From an uncultured Acidobacteriota bacterium (lineage in GTDB: Bacteria > Acidobacteriota > UBA6911), in NCBI GenBank assembly GCA_963827655.1, contig CAWHCF010000047.1:46111-110110 (forward strand): a DNA stretch of 64,000 nucleotides, given 5' to 3'. The notes beneath the pieces are model-generated. The model worked only from the letters and a program-made list of their open reading frames with translations. It made no database searches and was not told the origin of the DNA. How positions within the stretch are numbered: the stretch's first letter is position 1; the number at the start of each line of letters is the position of its first letter. Positions 41,841 through 51,289 of the stretch are shown piece by piece. A program made the position numbers and the translations under genes.

Positions 41841-43631
41841 CTAGAAAAGGTTGAGATTGAGGCCGAAGCGAACCGAGCGGGGATTTCGAGTCAGTATGAG
41901 CTCTCCATCGGTAGTTTGGAGCCGGTCTTTCCCCTGATCGAGCAGGTTGCGCACGTCGACGAGGGCCTCCCAGCGGCCAGGTGTTCCGATGAATTCAGGA
42001 ACGGGAATCGCCTGCCGGATAAAGAAGCTCATTCCCTTACTCGCGCTATCCTTTCGGTCCGAGAAAACGTCGATCGGACTCAAGGTAGTTCCAGGATACC
42101 AGCGAACGATTGTCGTCAGGTGCGTCCTGGTCCGGGGGAAGACCGCATCGAGCTGGCTGGTAAACGAATGGTAATAGGACTTTTGAATATGATTCAGAAG
42201 ATTGCGCGCCAGAAGGTCGCTCGTAACTGCATCGTCTGGAAGCGTTACGGCCGTCCCGGTACCGTAGACGTAAGCGATGGAGCCACGCAGAAAATCCAGT
42301 ATGCTCCGGTTCATGGCGACTCGCACTCCATGCTGGTCGCTCTGGTCTTCTCTTAGTTGAGCCAGTTTTGTCTGCTCGTCCTTCTTGCTCACGCTACGCA
42401 CAAGGAAGGGAGTCCCCGGACCATCCAAGCGATCCTCGTATATCGCAACTTCAACCGTGGTGTCATCCGGCAGTGCCTTTGCCACCGAAATCTCTTTATG
42501 CTGGTACCGGCTCACATAAAGCTCGCCATCGAGTTGAGCGATATACGTAGGCTCCATCATGCTCAGTACTTCGCCGTCCGGTAGCAACACGCTATTGTTG
42601 TCGCTGATGCGCCGGGATGCCAGCCCGGCTTTGATTGCCCAGGTGTCGGCCGGAGTCACAGTGAGCTGGAAGAAGGGGCTGAAAACGCTCTTGGTTTCTC
42701 CATAGGAGATTCTCGACAAGTCAAACCCGTACTCGGCCTTTACAGGGTCGAGAATATTCGCGCTGGCTTCAAAACCAAGCCCCACGGTCTGAACTCCCGA
42801 ATCCCGCAGGTAAGTCGAATCCCCGGTGAAGAACTGCGTTGGGCGTCCCAGGCTACTCATGCTGGGACCGTTCGAACCGAGGCGGCCATAGGCAAGCGAC
42901 AGTTTATAGTCCCGCCCGTCCTCGGGTCTGTAGTTGTAAGTGTTCCGTACCCGCCAGAACGAGTCGTAGCCCGAGTTTACCTGACCCGAAAAGATCACGC
43001 GCCCATGTTCGCCAACCGGCTCCGCAAAAGCAAAATTCGAGACGATGCCGTTGCGGCCCTCGCTGGGAAACACCGAGTAGTTTTCGCTGCTCAGGCCGGC
43101 GCTGGAAGCAACATTCACAGTAGCGCTGCGGACGAAGCTGCTCGATTCACTCAAATTAGAGTCCGCGGCGGAAGACGCTTCGTTGGCTCCTTCGAGATGG
43201 CGGAAGATCAGCCGGCGGCTGGAGATGGTCCGCAATACAGTGTTGAAATCCCAGTTACGCGGATCGTCATCGGTAATCAGGTCGAGGAATTGCTGGAGGA
43301 CGATGTCTAGATTCGTAGTTTTCCCGGAAGTAATTTCAACGTCGGATCGTGTAAGGGGTTGATAGCCCTCGCGACTGACCTGCAGCTGGTAAGATCCCGG
43401 AGTCAGGTTAGCAAGAACGTAGGCGCCCTGCCGGTCCGATCGTGTAAAGGAGATTATCCCCCCTCTATAGTCTTCCTTGAAAATAGTGATGATGGCCCCG
43501 AGTAAGCCTGTGCCATCCTGCGTAGTAACCTTGCCCGTAACACGGCCTCCGGGCTTCCCCCATAAAGCGCCCGGAAGGGAGAGGATCACCAGGGAACAGA
43601 TGACAGCAAGCACTCGAGCACGTAGTTTCAT
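41841..43631 (-). CDS. Outer-membrane TonB-dependent-receptor-like protein with N-terminal carboxypeptidase-regulatory-like domain
   Basis: Signal peptide, GRVTGKV...LANLTPGSYQLQVSREGY, C-terminal VRNLLD...PRSVRFGLNLNLF. Confidence 0.75.
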   Translation of the reverse strand: MKLRARVLAVICSLVILSLPGALWGKPGGRVTGKVTTQDGTGLLGAIITIFKEDYRGGIISFTRSDRQGAYVLANLTPGSYQLQVSREGYQPLTRSDVEITSGKTTNLDIVLQQFLDLITDDDPRNWDFNTVLRTISSRRLIFRHLEGANEASSAADSNLSESSSFVRSATVNVASSAGLSSENYSVFPSEGRNGIVSNFAFAEPVGEHGRVIFSGQVNSGYDSFWRVRNTYNYRPEDGRDYKLSLAYGRLGSNGPSMSSLGRPTQFFTGDSTYLRDSGVQTVGLGFEASANILDPVKAEYGFDLSRISYGETKSVFSPFFQLTVTPADTWAIKAGLASRRISDNNSVLLPDGEVLSMMEPTYIAQLDGELYVSRYQHKEISVAKALPDDTTVEVAIYEDRLDGPGTPFLVRSVSKKDEQTKLAQLREDQSDQHGVRVAMNRSILDFLRGSIAYVYGTGTAVTLPDDAVTSDLLARNLLNHIQKSYYHSFTSQLDAVFPRTRTHLTTIVRWYPGTTLSPIDVFSDRKDSASKGMSFFIRQAIPVPEFIGTPGRWEALVDVRNLLDQGKDRLQTTDGELILTRNPRSVRFGLNLNLF

Positions 43632-43840
43632 AGACACAGGTCTTTCTGTGGGCAAACCTTCAGGGCCCGAATTGTAAAGATTTACCACACCAACCCCGAT
43701 AGTGTCAACACGATGAAGAGAACGCTTTATCTTCGCGTCTTAGCGGTTAGCGACTAAAAAGAAAAGCCACCGCTAAGACGCAAAGAATGCGGAGAAGCGC
43801 ACGAAGAGGAAGATGCGCTTCGGGCAAAAAAGGTTCACGA

Positions 43841-44704
43841 CTAAGGCAGCAGCCGACCGGCAAAGCCATCGACATGAATCCCGACTCGCCCTGGCATCAC
43901 TTCTCGGGCCACCATGACGATGCGATCACGGTAGTTCACGCTGACCGAATCATTATCGACGCGGCTCATTGCTCCTGGGAGGGCGGTGTCAAACGTGCGC
44001 CGGCCATCGGGCGTCCCGTCTCCCTGGATGAAATGATCGATCACCACAGCATCGGCAACCTCAGAGATGCGTTTGAAAAAAGCGCGAGGCTGATCGATCG
44101 GAAAGAGAGGAGATACGGTGACCACTACCTTCAAGCCCACTCTGTGCAGCTCCGCGGCGGCTGCGAGCCGTTTTGCTACCGAACTCGCCGGAGGCGGCAA
44201 GCCGGGCAGCCGGTCGCGATCGCTCTCGACCGAGATATGAATCCGCAGCTCGCACCTCTCGGCAAGCAAACGATAGAGATCCGTGCAGGCAGTCACGCGG
44301 TGCGTGTGGGTCTGCAGGATCAAGAGGTCGGGCGGAAGTTCCCGCATGGTTTCCAGAACCTGTCGCGTGATTCGGAATCGGTCTTCCTGCGGAAGAAAAG
44401 GATCGGTAGAGCTCGACATAAAGATCCCGAATCGTCCGCGGCTCGCGCGCGCCCAGCTCCGCTCGGTCTCAAAGCGCTCGCGATACGAATCCGCAGCGTT
44501 CGTCCGAACCTCCAGGAAGCTGCCCCAGCGATGGCCGCGAGTGAGAAAACTGTTGTGCTGCACATAGCAGCCGACCCCGCAGAGCGCGTTGCCGAAGGTG
44601 CAGCCACGATATGGCTGCAAAGAATGGGAGGATACGGTCGTCAGAAACCCGGTCGTGCGAGTCAGGATGCTGCGCACGGCGGTCTGGCTGATTTGAACAC
44701 CCAT
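43841..44704 (-). CDS. SplB/Rv2578c-like radical SAM protein
   Basis: SLQPYRGCTFGNALCGVGCYV, FMSSSTDPF, TVSPLFP. Confidence 0.85.
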   Translation of the reverse strand: MGVQISQTAVRSILTRTTGFLTTVSSHSLQPYRGCTFGNALCGVGCYVQHNSFLTRGHRWGSFLEVRTNAADSYRERFETERSWARASRGRFGIFMSSSTDPFLPQEDRFRITRQVLETMRELPPDLLILQTHTHRVTACTDLYRLLAERCELRIHISVESDRDRLPGLPPPASSVAKRLAAAAELHRVGLKVVVTVSPLFPIDQPRAFFKRISEVADAVVIDHFIQGDGTPDGRRTFDTALPGAMSRVDNDSVSVNYRDRIVMVAREVMPGRVGIHVDGFAGRLLP

Positions 44705-44771
44705 GTCCGTTCGCGTTTTACGCCTTCGCGATGGTTCTCATTTTTTCAGGAAACCGCCAGGACGCGAGTAA

Positions 44772-45260
44772 TCACTTCGTCGGCGGCGCCGCTGGCGCGC
44801 CGGCAGGCTCGATGTCGGCATGGAGGACTGTCGGTGTGCATGTCGATGTACCCCTCGGAAGGGCCTTCATCACGACCTGTTGCACTGAAACGGTCTTTCC
44901 CGGCAACAGTGGATCGGAGATCAAGTGGGTCCTGGTTTCCAACGCCTTCCCTTCCTTTGTGAGGTAAGCGAACGCGAGCGTGATGTTCCGGTAAGCCGGC
45001 TCGCCATCATTTCGGACCACAACAAAGTGACTGGCATCAACGGTCCCGTCACTTGAAGATTGCGACAGTTCCATGGTCGCATCCACGATCTGGAGGTCTT
45101 TTGGACGAAGAACCCTCGTCAGTGTGGGTTTCGACTTCCGAACGTCTTCAACCGAAGGCGGCGCCGTTGAAGGAGTCTTTTCGGGGGCTCTGACGATCAT
45201 CCAACCGAGCGCGAGCGCCAGGACCGCTGTCAATGTCAGGAAAATCAAGCGTCGGCGCAC
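44772..45260 (-). CDS. Hypothetical membrane-anchored Ig-like (FxLYD-like) protein
   Basis: N-terminal TM, VRNDGEPAYRNITLAFAYL, LLPGKT. Confidence 0.6.
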   Translation of the reverse strand: MRRRLIFLTLTAVLALALGWMIVRAPEKTPSTAPPSVEDVRKSKPTLTRVLRPKDLQIVDATMELSQSSSDGTVDASHFVVVRNDGEPAYRNITLAFAYLTKEGKALETRTHLISDPLLPGKTVSVQQVVMKALPRGTSTCTPTVLHADIEPAGAPAAPPTK

Positions 45261-45349
45261 AACAAATCACTCAGTCTGGTGTCAGGCCTTGAAAGTTTAT
45301 TTCTCACGTTTCTTCTGGCATTCGATCCGCGTCAACAGGATCTGAATTC

Positions 45350-46609
45350 TCAAGGCGTGACGCTATCATCGCGCCTCCACGCAATATTACCTCCAATCAC
45401 GGTCGCTTCGCACTCGCCTGCCCCTTCCAGAATTTGAGACACCAGGTTCTTGGGCCCGGGATCATCCGTCAGCCGAAGGATCGTCATGTCGGCCCAATAA
45501 CCCCGCCGGAGCCGTCCCAAAGCGCTGCCGAAACCGAGAGCAGCCGCGCCGTTGAGCGTAGCCATACGAAAGATTTCCACGGCCTTCAAGTCCTTTCGAG
45601 ATCCGAAGAGAAACCTCATCTCGTCCAGGACGCTGAGCGAGTCGTTGCTCGCGAGAGAATCCGTCCCCAGAGCTACATTGACGCCGAGATCGAGCAGCTC
45701 ACGAACAGGGTGATCCTTGTGGCCAAAGAAATCGTGACTGCGCGGGCAATACACTACACTGCTTCGACTGCGCAGTATCTTCCTCATCGAATCACTATCG
45801 AGGTAATTGCAGTGGATCAAGAGAACAGGGGTTTCCAGAATACCTGATTGCTCAAGATAACTCACGGGATCGACGCCTGGAGGAGTCCAGTCTTTCGGCC
45901 ACGCATTCACACTCTTGAGAAAGGTCTTGATCGGCCCTGTTCCCGACCGGAGAAACTCCAGCTCCTCTCTGGTTTCGGCGAGATGGGTAGCCAGAGGGAG
46001 CTCCTTCTCCCGAGCCAGGCCGGCAATCGCGCGGTACAATTCCGGAGACACGGAATAGGGTGCATGCGGCGAGACGCCAATTCTCAAGAGTTTGTCGCGG
46101 CGTCCTCGCTTCAGGCGCGCTTGCAGTGACGCCAGGCTCTGGTTGACGTTTTCCGGCAAGAACGAAAGGGCTTCTTCGAAAACGACCTTGCGTAGAGTCA
46201 GCGGCTTCAGGGCCTCCCAGCTGACGCCGCTCGCGGAAATATCCGCGACCAGAGTGGTGCCCGAGGACAGGCACATCTGAGCGCCGACGCGCGCGGACTC
46301 AACGTATTCTTTCGCGGTCCATTCACGGCGCCGTTCGATAAGCTGCGAAATCCAATCGAAAAAGGAAGAGAAGCGGACAAGTTGTCCGTGCAGGCACGTG
46401 AGTTCCAGATGCGTGTGGGCGTTTACCAGGCCCGGGATCAACACGGCGGAGCCCCAATCGACGATCTCAGCTTCCAGAGTGGTCGGCGGGCCGTGCCACG
46501 GCTCGACCCGGGAAATGCGCCCGGGATCCGAAACATGCACCGTGGCATCCTGCAGAAGCAGATCGGCTTCAGCCAGGACGTACTTCGCTCGGTGAATCGT
46601 ACGAATCAT
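45350..46609 (-). CDS. Metal-dependent amidohydrolase (SsnA/adenosine-derivative deaminase-like)
   Basis: PGLVNAHTHLE, SPHAPYSV, THLAET, LGTDSLASN. Confidence 0.9.
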   Translation of the reverse strand: MIRTIHRAKYVLAEADLLLQDATVHVSDPGRISRVEPWHGPPTTLEAEIVDWGSAVLIPGLVNAHTHLELTCLHGQLVRFSSFFDWISQLIERRREWTAKEYVESARVGAQMCLSSGTTLVADISASGVSWEALKPLTLRKVVFEEALSFLPENVNQSLASLQARLKRGRRDKLLRIGVSPHAPYSVSPELYRAIAGLAREKELPLATHLAETREELEFLRSGTGPIKTFLKSVNAWPKDWTPPGVDPVSYLEQSGILETPVLLIHCNYLDSDSMRKILRSRSSVVYCPRSHDFFGHKDHPVRELLDLGVNVALGTDSLASNDSLSVLDEMRFLFGSRKDLKAVEIFRMATLNGAAALGFGSALGRLRRGYWADMTILRLTDDPGPKNLVSQILEGAGECEATVIGGNIAWRRDDSVTP

Positions 46610-46644
46610 AAGTTTCAGTATTAGTAGCGATCGCGGGGAGGCTC

Positions 46645-46785
46645 AAAAGAAAAGGGCCCGAGTGAGGGAGTCTAAAGGAGACAGGCGCTCCAGCAAACTG
46701 GATTCTTGCCGTTGGCAGTCCTGACGCCCCCGCCTGAAAGTCTCGTAACGGGTACTTGGACCCAGACTTCCCACTCTCGGGCCTT
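46645..46785 (-). ncRNA. Candidate ~140-nt structured RNA (unassigned)
   Basis: 5' and 3' ends pair (GGCCCGAG/CUCGGGCC), nested internal stems, 3' UUUUCUUUU, promoter placed directly upstream. Confidence 0.6.
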
Positions 46786-46790
46786 TTTGA

Positions 46791-46819
46791 AATATAAGCC
46801 GCTGCTCCTTGGGGTGCAA
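46791..46819 (-). promoter_or_regulatory. sigma70 promoter for the candidate RNA
   Basis: TTGCAC-N17-TATATT, predicted +1 at ~46784. Confidence 0.6.
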
Positions 46820-46905
46820 CAAGATTTTTGATCCGTGGGTTTCGAAGTGTCTTCGAGTCTTTGTGGTTAGCGCAGCCAAACAAAACCCGGCCTCTGAGAC
46901 GCTCA

Positions 46906-47136
46906 GGGTTCGCGCAGAAATAAGTTTGCATTCTGCTGCAGGCCCCCAGGCCCGCTGGCGAGGCGCAAGCGACGATGCGTACCCGGTGCGGTACGTGAGG
47001 AGCGAGCAACAAAGCCAGCGGGCCTGCGGGCCGCAGCCCAAGGGGCGCGATTCCGAGCGTGCGCAGCTAAGGGAAACGGTTCATGATTGACTACCGAGTC
47101 TCGCGCCAGAATGTGAAGTTATTTCTGCGCGAGCCC
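46906..47136 (+). mobile_element. MITE family A, complete 231-bp copy
   Basis: ~30-bp imperfect TIRs GGGTTCGCGCAGAAATAAGTTTGCATTCTG / CAGAATGTGAAGTTATTTCTGCGCGAGCCC, flanks cTCA|TAAg, internal hairpins, no transposase. Confidence 0.85.
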
Positions 47137-47241
47137 TAAGATACCGAGGAACTCATTCGTGCTTGGTCGCAAAGCCGGGCTTCAGTATATTGGGTGGCTG
47201 TTGGTTTTCCTTGTTCAAGACACGGATGGTGGAGGAGGTTC

Positions 47242-48192
47242 ATGGCACTCTTTTTGCGCGAAGCCGATGTAGAGAAACTGGCGACGATGACGATGGCGCT
47301 CGAATCAGTGGAGGAGGCATTTCATCTTCAGGGCGAAAACAAGGCGGAGAATGCCCCGAGGCGACGCCATCGAGTGGAGAAGGGATTGCTGCACGTGATG
47401 AGCGCGTCCCTTCCTACGTTGGGTCTGGCGGGACTCAAGAGTTATGCGACGGTCGCTGGAAAGGCTCGCTTTGAAGTCCTCTTGTACAACGAGGACGGGA
47501 GTCTGCTGGCGGTTATGGAAGGAAACAAACTAGGCCAGCTGCGGACCGGCGCTGCCAGCGGCGTTGCCACAAAGTACATGGCGCGAAAGGAGGCCTCGCG
47601 CATCGGCATCTTAGGCACAGGCTGGCAGGCGCGCGCACAGCTTGAAGCCCTTTGCGCTGTCAGGCCGGCACAAACGATCGTGGCCTACGGCCGCGACTCC
47701 GGGCGCCGTGAGACATTCTGTAAAGAAATGACCGAAAAACTGGGCGTGGGAGTGTATCCGGCTGAAACGCCCGAAGAAGCCGTCAAGGAAATGGATATCG
47801 TCGTTACCGCGACCACGTCAAAAGAACCGGTGTTTCAGGGGAGTTGGCTTTCCCCTGGGACTCACGTGAACGCCATCGGCTCAAACTTCATGTCCAAGCA
47901 AGAAATCGATGTGGAAACGGTTCGACGCAGCGCGTGCGTAGTTGTGGATTCCCTCGAGCAGTCCAGAATCGAATCAGGCGACCTGGCCCGCGCCGCCGAG
48001 GCAGGGGCATTCTATTGGGAAGACGCGCGCGAGTTGGGCCTGGTCGTTACCGGCGAATTCCCCGGGCGTGAAGACGACAAAGAAGTAACCCTGTTCAAAT
48101 CCCACGGAATCGCGCTCGAAGACGTCGCGCTCGCCGGGCGAATCTACCGCGCCGCCTTGAGCGCGCGCATCGGCGAAACACTCCCGCTTTGA
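47242..48192 (+). CDS. Ornithine cyclodeaminase/mu-crystallin family protein
   Basis: LRTGAASGVATKY, GILGTGWQA, GTHVNAIGS, LFKSHGIALED. Confidence 0.93.
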   Translation: MALFLREADVEKLATMTMALESVEEAFHLQGENKAENAPRRRHRVEKGLLHVMSASLPTLGLAGLKSYATVAGKARFEVLLYNEDGSLLAVMEGNKLGQLRTGAASGVATKYMARKEASRIGILGTGWQARAQLEALCAVRPAQTIVAYGRDSGRRETFCKEMTEKLGVGVYPAETPEEAVKEMDIVVTATTSKEPVFQGSWLSPGTHVNAIGSNFMSKQEIDVETVRRSACVVVDSLEQSRIESGDLARAAEAGAFYWEDARELGLVVTGEFPGREDDKEVTLFKSHGIALEDVALAGRIYRAALSARIGETLPL

Positions 48193-48273
48193 TTGCAGAT
48201 TGCGGATTCGGATTGCGGATTGAAGCGGACTGGATTTTGAAATCTGCAATCCGCAATCGGAAAATCCGCAATT
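48190..48273. repeat. Heptamer (GATTGCG) inverted array
   Basis: gattgcagattgcggattcggattgcggattg ... aatctgcaatccgcaatcggaaaatccgcaat. Confidence 0.88.
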
Positions 48274-48278
48274 GGACC

Positions 48279-48338
48279 ATGATCATAATGAAGTTTGGCG
48301 GCACGTCTGTCGAAGATGCCCCGTCAATCGAGCGCCTA
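48279..48338 (+). pseudogene. lysC: N-terminal ~20 codons of aspartate kinase
   Basis: MIIMKFGGTSVEDAPSIER contains the aspartokinase KFGGTSV signature, then runs into the antisense of the next gene. Confidence 0.8.
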
Positions 48339-48998
48339 AGAAAGCTTGGATGCCTCGGTTATTTTCGCCGCCGCTTCCTGTTCCAGACGATCCCTGGCAG
48401 CCGAGTCGAGCCCGAGATGGTGCGCCAGCTGGGCAAGATAGATTCTCTCGGCGCCGGACACACCCTCATCGGCCCGCACAATCGTGAATGCCAGCGTGTA
48501 CAGATCCGCCCTGACCTGCGGATCGCTCACCCCCGAAACGATTTCAGCCAGGGACTGTGGATTCAGCAACTCCCGTTCGACCAGAGCCTCCGCGCCTATT
48601 TCGCGCGCATGACTCAGAATTCGTGCGGTCTCCTCGGCCGATAGCTCTCCATCCGCGCGCGCCGCGGAAATCGTCAAGCGAACCAGCCGGAGCACCGGGT
48701 CTGGAATCCCGGGAGGTTGGGAAGGCTCCACGCCGGCTGCGGCGCCGCCCGGCAAAGGTGGAGGAGAGGTTGGAGCCGGCGCGCCAGTCCCGCCGGCCGG
48801 AGCGGGGGCGGGAGGCGTGGTCTGGGCAGCGCTGGATTCGACCAGACCCCAGACAACGCCAACCGCCGTCAGCAAAGTGCTGGCATTCAAAAAGGAATTG
48901 CGCCCGCCGGTCAGAAACCGCGCCGCCCCGCGCCGGCGCTTTTTCCTGCTGAACAGGGCGTCTTGAATCAACGATCCAATCAGCTGTTCTGCGTCCAA
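48336..48998 (-). CDS. DUF533 / TerB-like protein
   Basis: LVRLTISAARADG, LNPQSLAEIV, ERIYLAQLAHHLGLD. Confidence 0.85.
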   Translation of the reverse strand: MDAEQLIGSLIQDALFSRKKRRRGAARFLTGGRNSFLNASTLLTAVGVVWGLVESSAAQTTPPAPAPAGGTGAPAPTSPPPLPGGAAAGVEPSQPPGIPDPVLRLVRLTISAARADGELSAEETARILSHAREIGAEALVERELLNPQSLAEIVSGVSDPQVRADLYTLAFTIVRADEGVSGAERIYLAQLAHHLGLDSAARDRLEQEAAAKITEASKLS

Positions 48999-49058
48999 AT
49001 GGCCCCCCGTTTCACAGGAGCGATGCCACCTTCCTTAATTAACGCTTGTGGTGGCCCC

Positions 49059-50970
49059 CTAGTTGGTAACGCTCACGGGCTTGTCCGGAGTCACCGGAGT
49101 TGCCGTCAACAGCCCCTGGTACTGAATCAATGCCGTGGCGACAAACCTCCTGCCTCCTTGCGCCAGCAGGACAATGGATCCCCTGAAAGTTGTCCTGGCC
49201 GGCAGGTACTCGTGCAGGAACTTTGAAATCTGCCGCTGCGGACCGAGCGGATTCAGCTCCGGTGGACTGATCGTGTCCGTGGGGTGGCCCTCGGCATTCA
49301 GGACCACAATCCTGATGTTGATACCCTCATTGCTCGGGTTCGCGATCGAGAACCCGGTGAATCGACTCTGCGAAGAGCTATTGTCGACCCCGATAGTGGC
49401 GAATTCAACCGGTTGAGTGGCGAAAACTCCCGCAACGGATCGCAGAGCGCCTCCGTCCGACAATTGAAAAGTGCTGACGCCCGACAACCCGCTGCTGGCG
49501 CTCTCGAAGCGGGCCCAGCCGGTCCTGACTTGAAGAGGGGTCAGGCTCGTGGCAAGAAACACCCTGGTCCCTCCGGCTGGAACCGAAATGCCGAACGAAG
49601 AGCCATCGATGTTCGACGGGTTCTTCGGAAGGCTGAAGGCTGGAAGGAGCCTCGTTCAGGCTGACTACAAATGGATTCCCCAAACTATCGGTGAGGGCCA
49701 GGGTGCCGGTCGCCGCCGACGCGCCGAGATTATTAAGCGCAACAACCGTGGAATACCCCACGCCAGTGACGACCTGGGGAAAGTACAGAGAGGAAAACAC
49801 CGTGATGGTAAAGTTCACAGAGTTCGAGTTGGCCGTCCCGGTCGCCACCCGCACCGTGGCCGTTCCCGGCTGCGCGATGTCCGGCGCCAGAATGGCCGCT
49901 GTGAGACGCGTGCTGTCTACAAAGGTGGTCGTGCGATTGGATCCGTTCCACTGCACCACCGACGTCGAGGTGAAATTAGTGCCGTTGACCGTAAGGGTAA
50001 ATGCCGCGCCTCCCGCTACTGCCGAACTCGGGCTGATGCTCGTAACGGTCGGTGTCTGACCGCTAATCGTGAACGTGAAGGAATTCGAAGTTTGTCCACC
50101 CCCGGGTCCGGGATTGAAAACAGTTATCTCGGCCGTTCCCGGAGCGGCTATGTCCAGCGCCGTGATCGCGGCCTCCAGCGTTGTCGTTGACAGGGGATTT
50201 AACAGCATAGTGACCCGGTCGTTTCCGTTCCAGCGAACCACGGACGTGCGATCGAAGTTGGTTCCGGTAACCGTGAGGCTGAATGCCGCACCACCGGCAG
50301 GTCTGGAACTAGGTAACAAGGTAGTTATTGTGGGCGCTTGGAAGTTCGCCGCAATAAAGTTCACGGAGTTCGAGTTGGCCGTCCCGGTCACCACCCGCAC
50401 TGTAGCCGTCCCCGGCTGGGCGATATCCGCTGCTGGAATGGCCGCGGTGAGACGCGTGCTGTCTACAAAGGTGGTCGTGCGATTGGATCCGTTCCACTGC
50501 ACGACCGAGGTCGAGGTGAAATTCGTGCCGTTGACCGTAAGGGTAAATGCCGGGCCTCCAACTACCGCCGAACTCGGGCTGATGCTTGTAACGCGTGAGT
50601 GCTGGTCACCAGTGATCGTGAACGTGACGGCATTCGAAGTTTGTCCGCCCGCGGGTCCGGGATTGAAAACAGTTATCTGGGCCGTTCCCGGAGCGGCTAT
50701 GTCCAGCGCCGTGATCGCGGCCTCCAGCGTCGCGGGAGGGATCAGGGTAGTGACCCGGGCGCTTCCGTTCCAGCGAACCACGGACGAAGAATTGAGGTTG
50801 GTTCCGGTGACCGTGAGGCTGAATGCCGGACCGCCGGCAGGTCTGGAACTAGGAGCGACGCTAGCTATGGTGGGCGCTTGCGCGTTCGCTGCAGCTACGT
50901 TGAATAACAGAAATCCGGCGACTACCACAAACCATCCCCGGCTGAAGACTGAAACCACTCGAGATTTCAT
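49059..50970 (-). CDS. Secreted IPT/TIG-domain protein (four Ig-like domains plus acidobacterial C-terminal region), frameshift ~49605
   Basis: Repeated SISPSS...FTLTVNGTNF...VQWNG; LYFPQVVTG; continuation GWARFES...TGFSIANP in another frame; AAGGAG RBS. Confidence 0.85.
49800..50882. repeat. Intragenic tandem duplication, two ~540-bp units
   Basis: Long identical stretches, e.g. gtgagacgcgtgctgtctacaaaggtggtcgtgcgattggatccgttccactgcac at ~49901 and ~50447. Confidence 0.9.
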
Positions 50971-51289
50971 ACTTGATTCTCCTTGTTGGGGACTCGGCGC
51001 GAGGTCCACCTGGTAAGGTGCATTACAACATTGCCCGATCATATCGCGGCAGAGGTCATACCTCATAAGACGTGACGAGGCCCACATATTAGCCTTGGTC
51101 GCAGGCTTCCCGCAAGAATCGTAAGTACGCGGTTTCATAACACGGTAACGTATTCGCGCTGGCTCTAGGGCGGGCAAGCCGCGTTCGCATCAGGCGAAGT
51201 AAGCTTCGCCAGTCAGTTTCTGTCGTCCACGGAACCTTCGAAAGCGCTTCAGGTGGTTAGAGCTGTCTAACGAAATACCGCGTGAACGA

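Noticed and set aside
44705-44745. SOS-box-like GCGAA words upstream of the SplB-like gene
   Set aside because: Spacings are 9, 10 or 15 bp, not the 11-bp period seen at imuA
43787-44962. 391-aa plus-strand ORF
   Set aside because: Antisense to the radical SAM gene and has no motifs; typical high-GC shadow ORF, as are the many ORFs within dnaE2 and the glucan synthase
46700-46735. Candidate RNA as SRP RNA or hammerhead ribozyme
   Set aside because: GUCAGG is present but the GNRA loop plus AGCAG of SRP is not; the plus strand has CUGACGC, not the hammerhead CUGANGA core
48189-48644. 151-aa ORF as an intact aspartate kinase
   Set aside because: The N-terminus is translated heptamer repeat and the C-terminus is antisense DUF533; only ~20 codons are lysC-like
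49800-50882. Duplicated units as a DGR template/variable repeat pair
   Set aside because: Both units are in-frame coding domains, differences are not adenine-restricted, and there is no reverse transcriptase
50971-51289. Riboswitch in the long leader of the IPT/TIG gene
   Set aside because: Only short hairpins; no aptamer consensus or terminator that I can recognise
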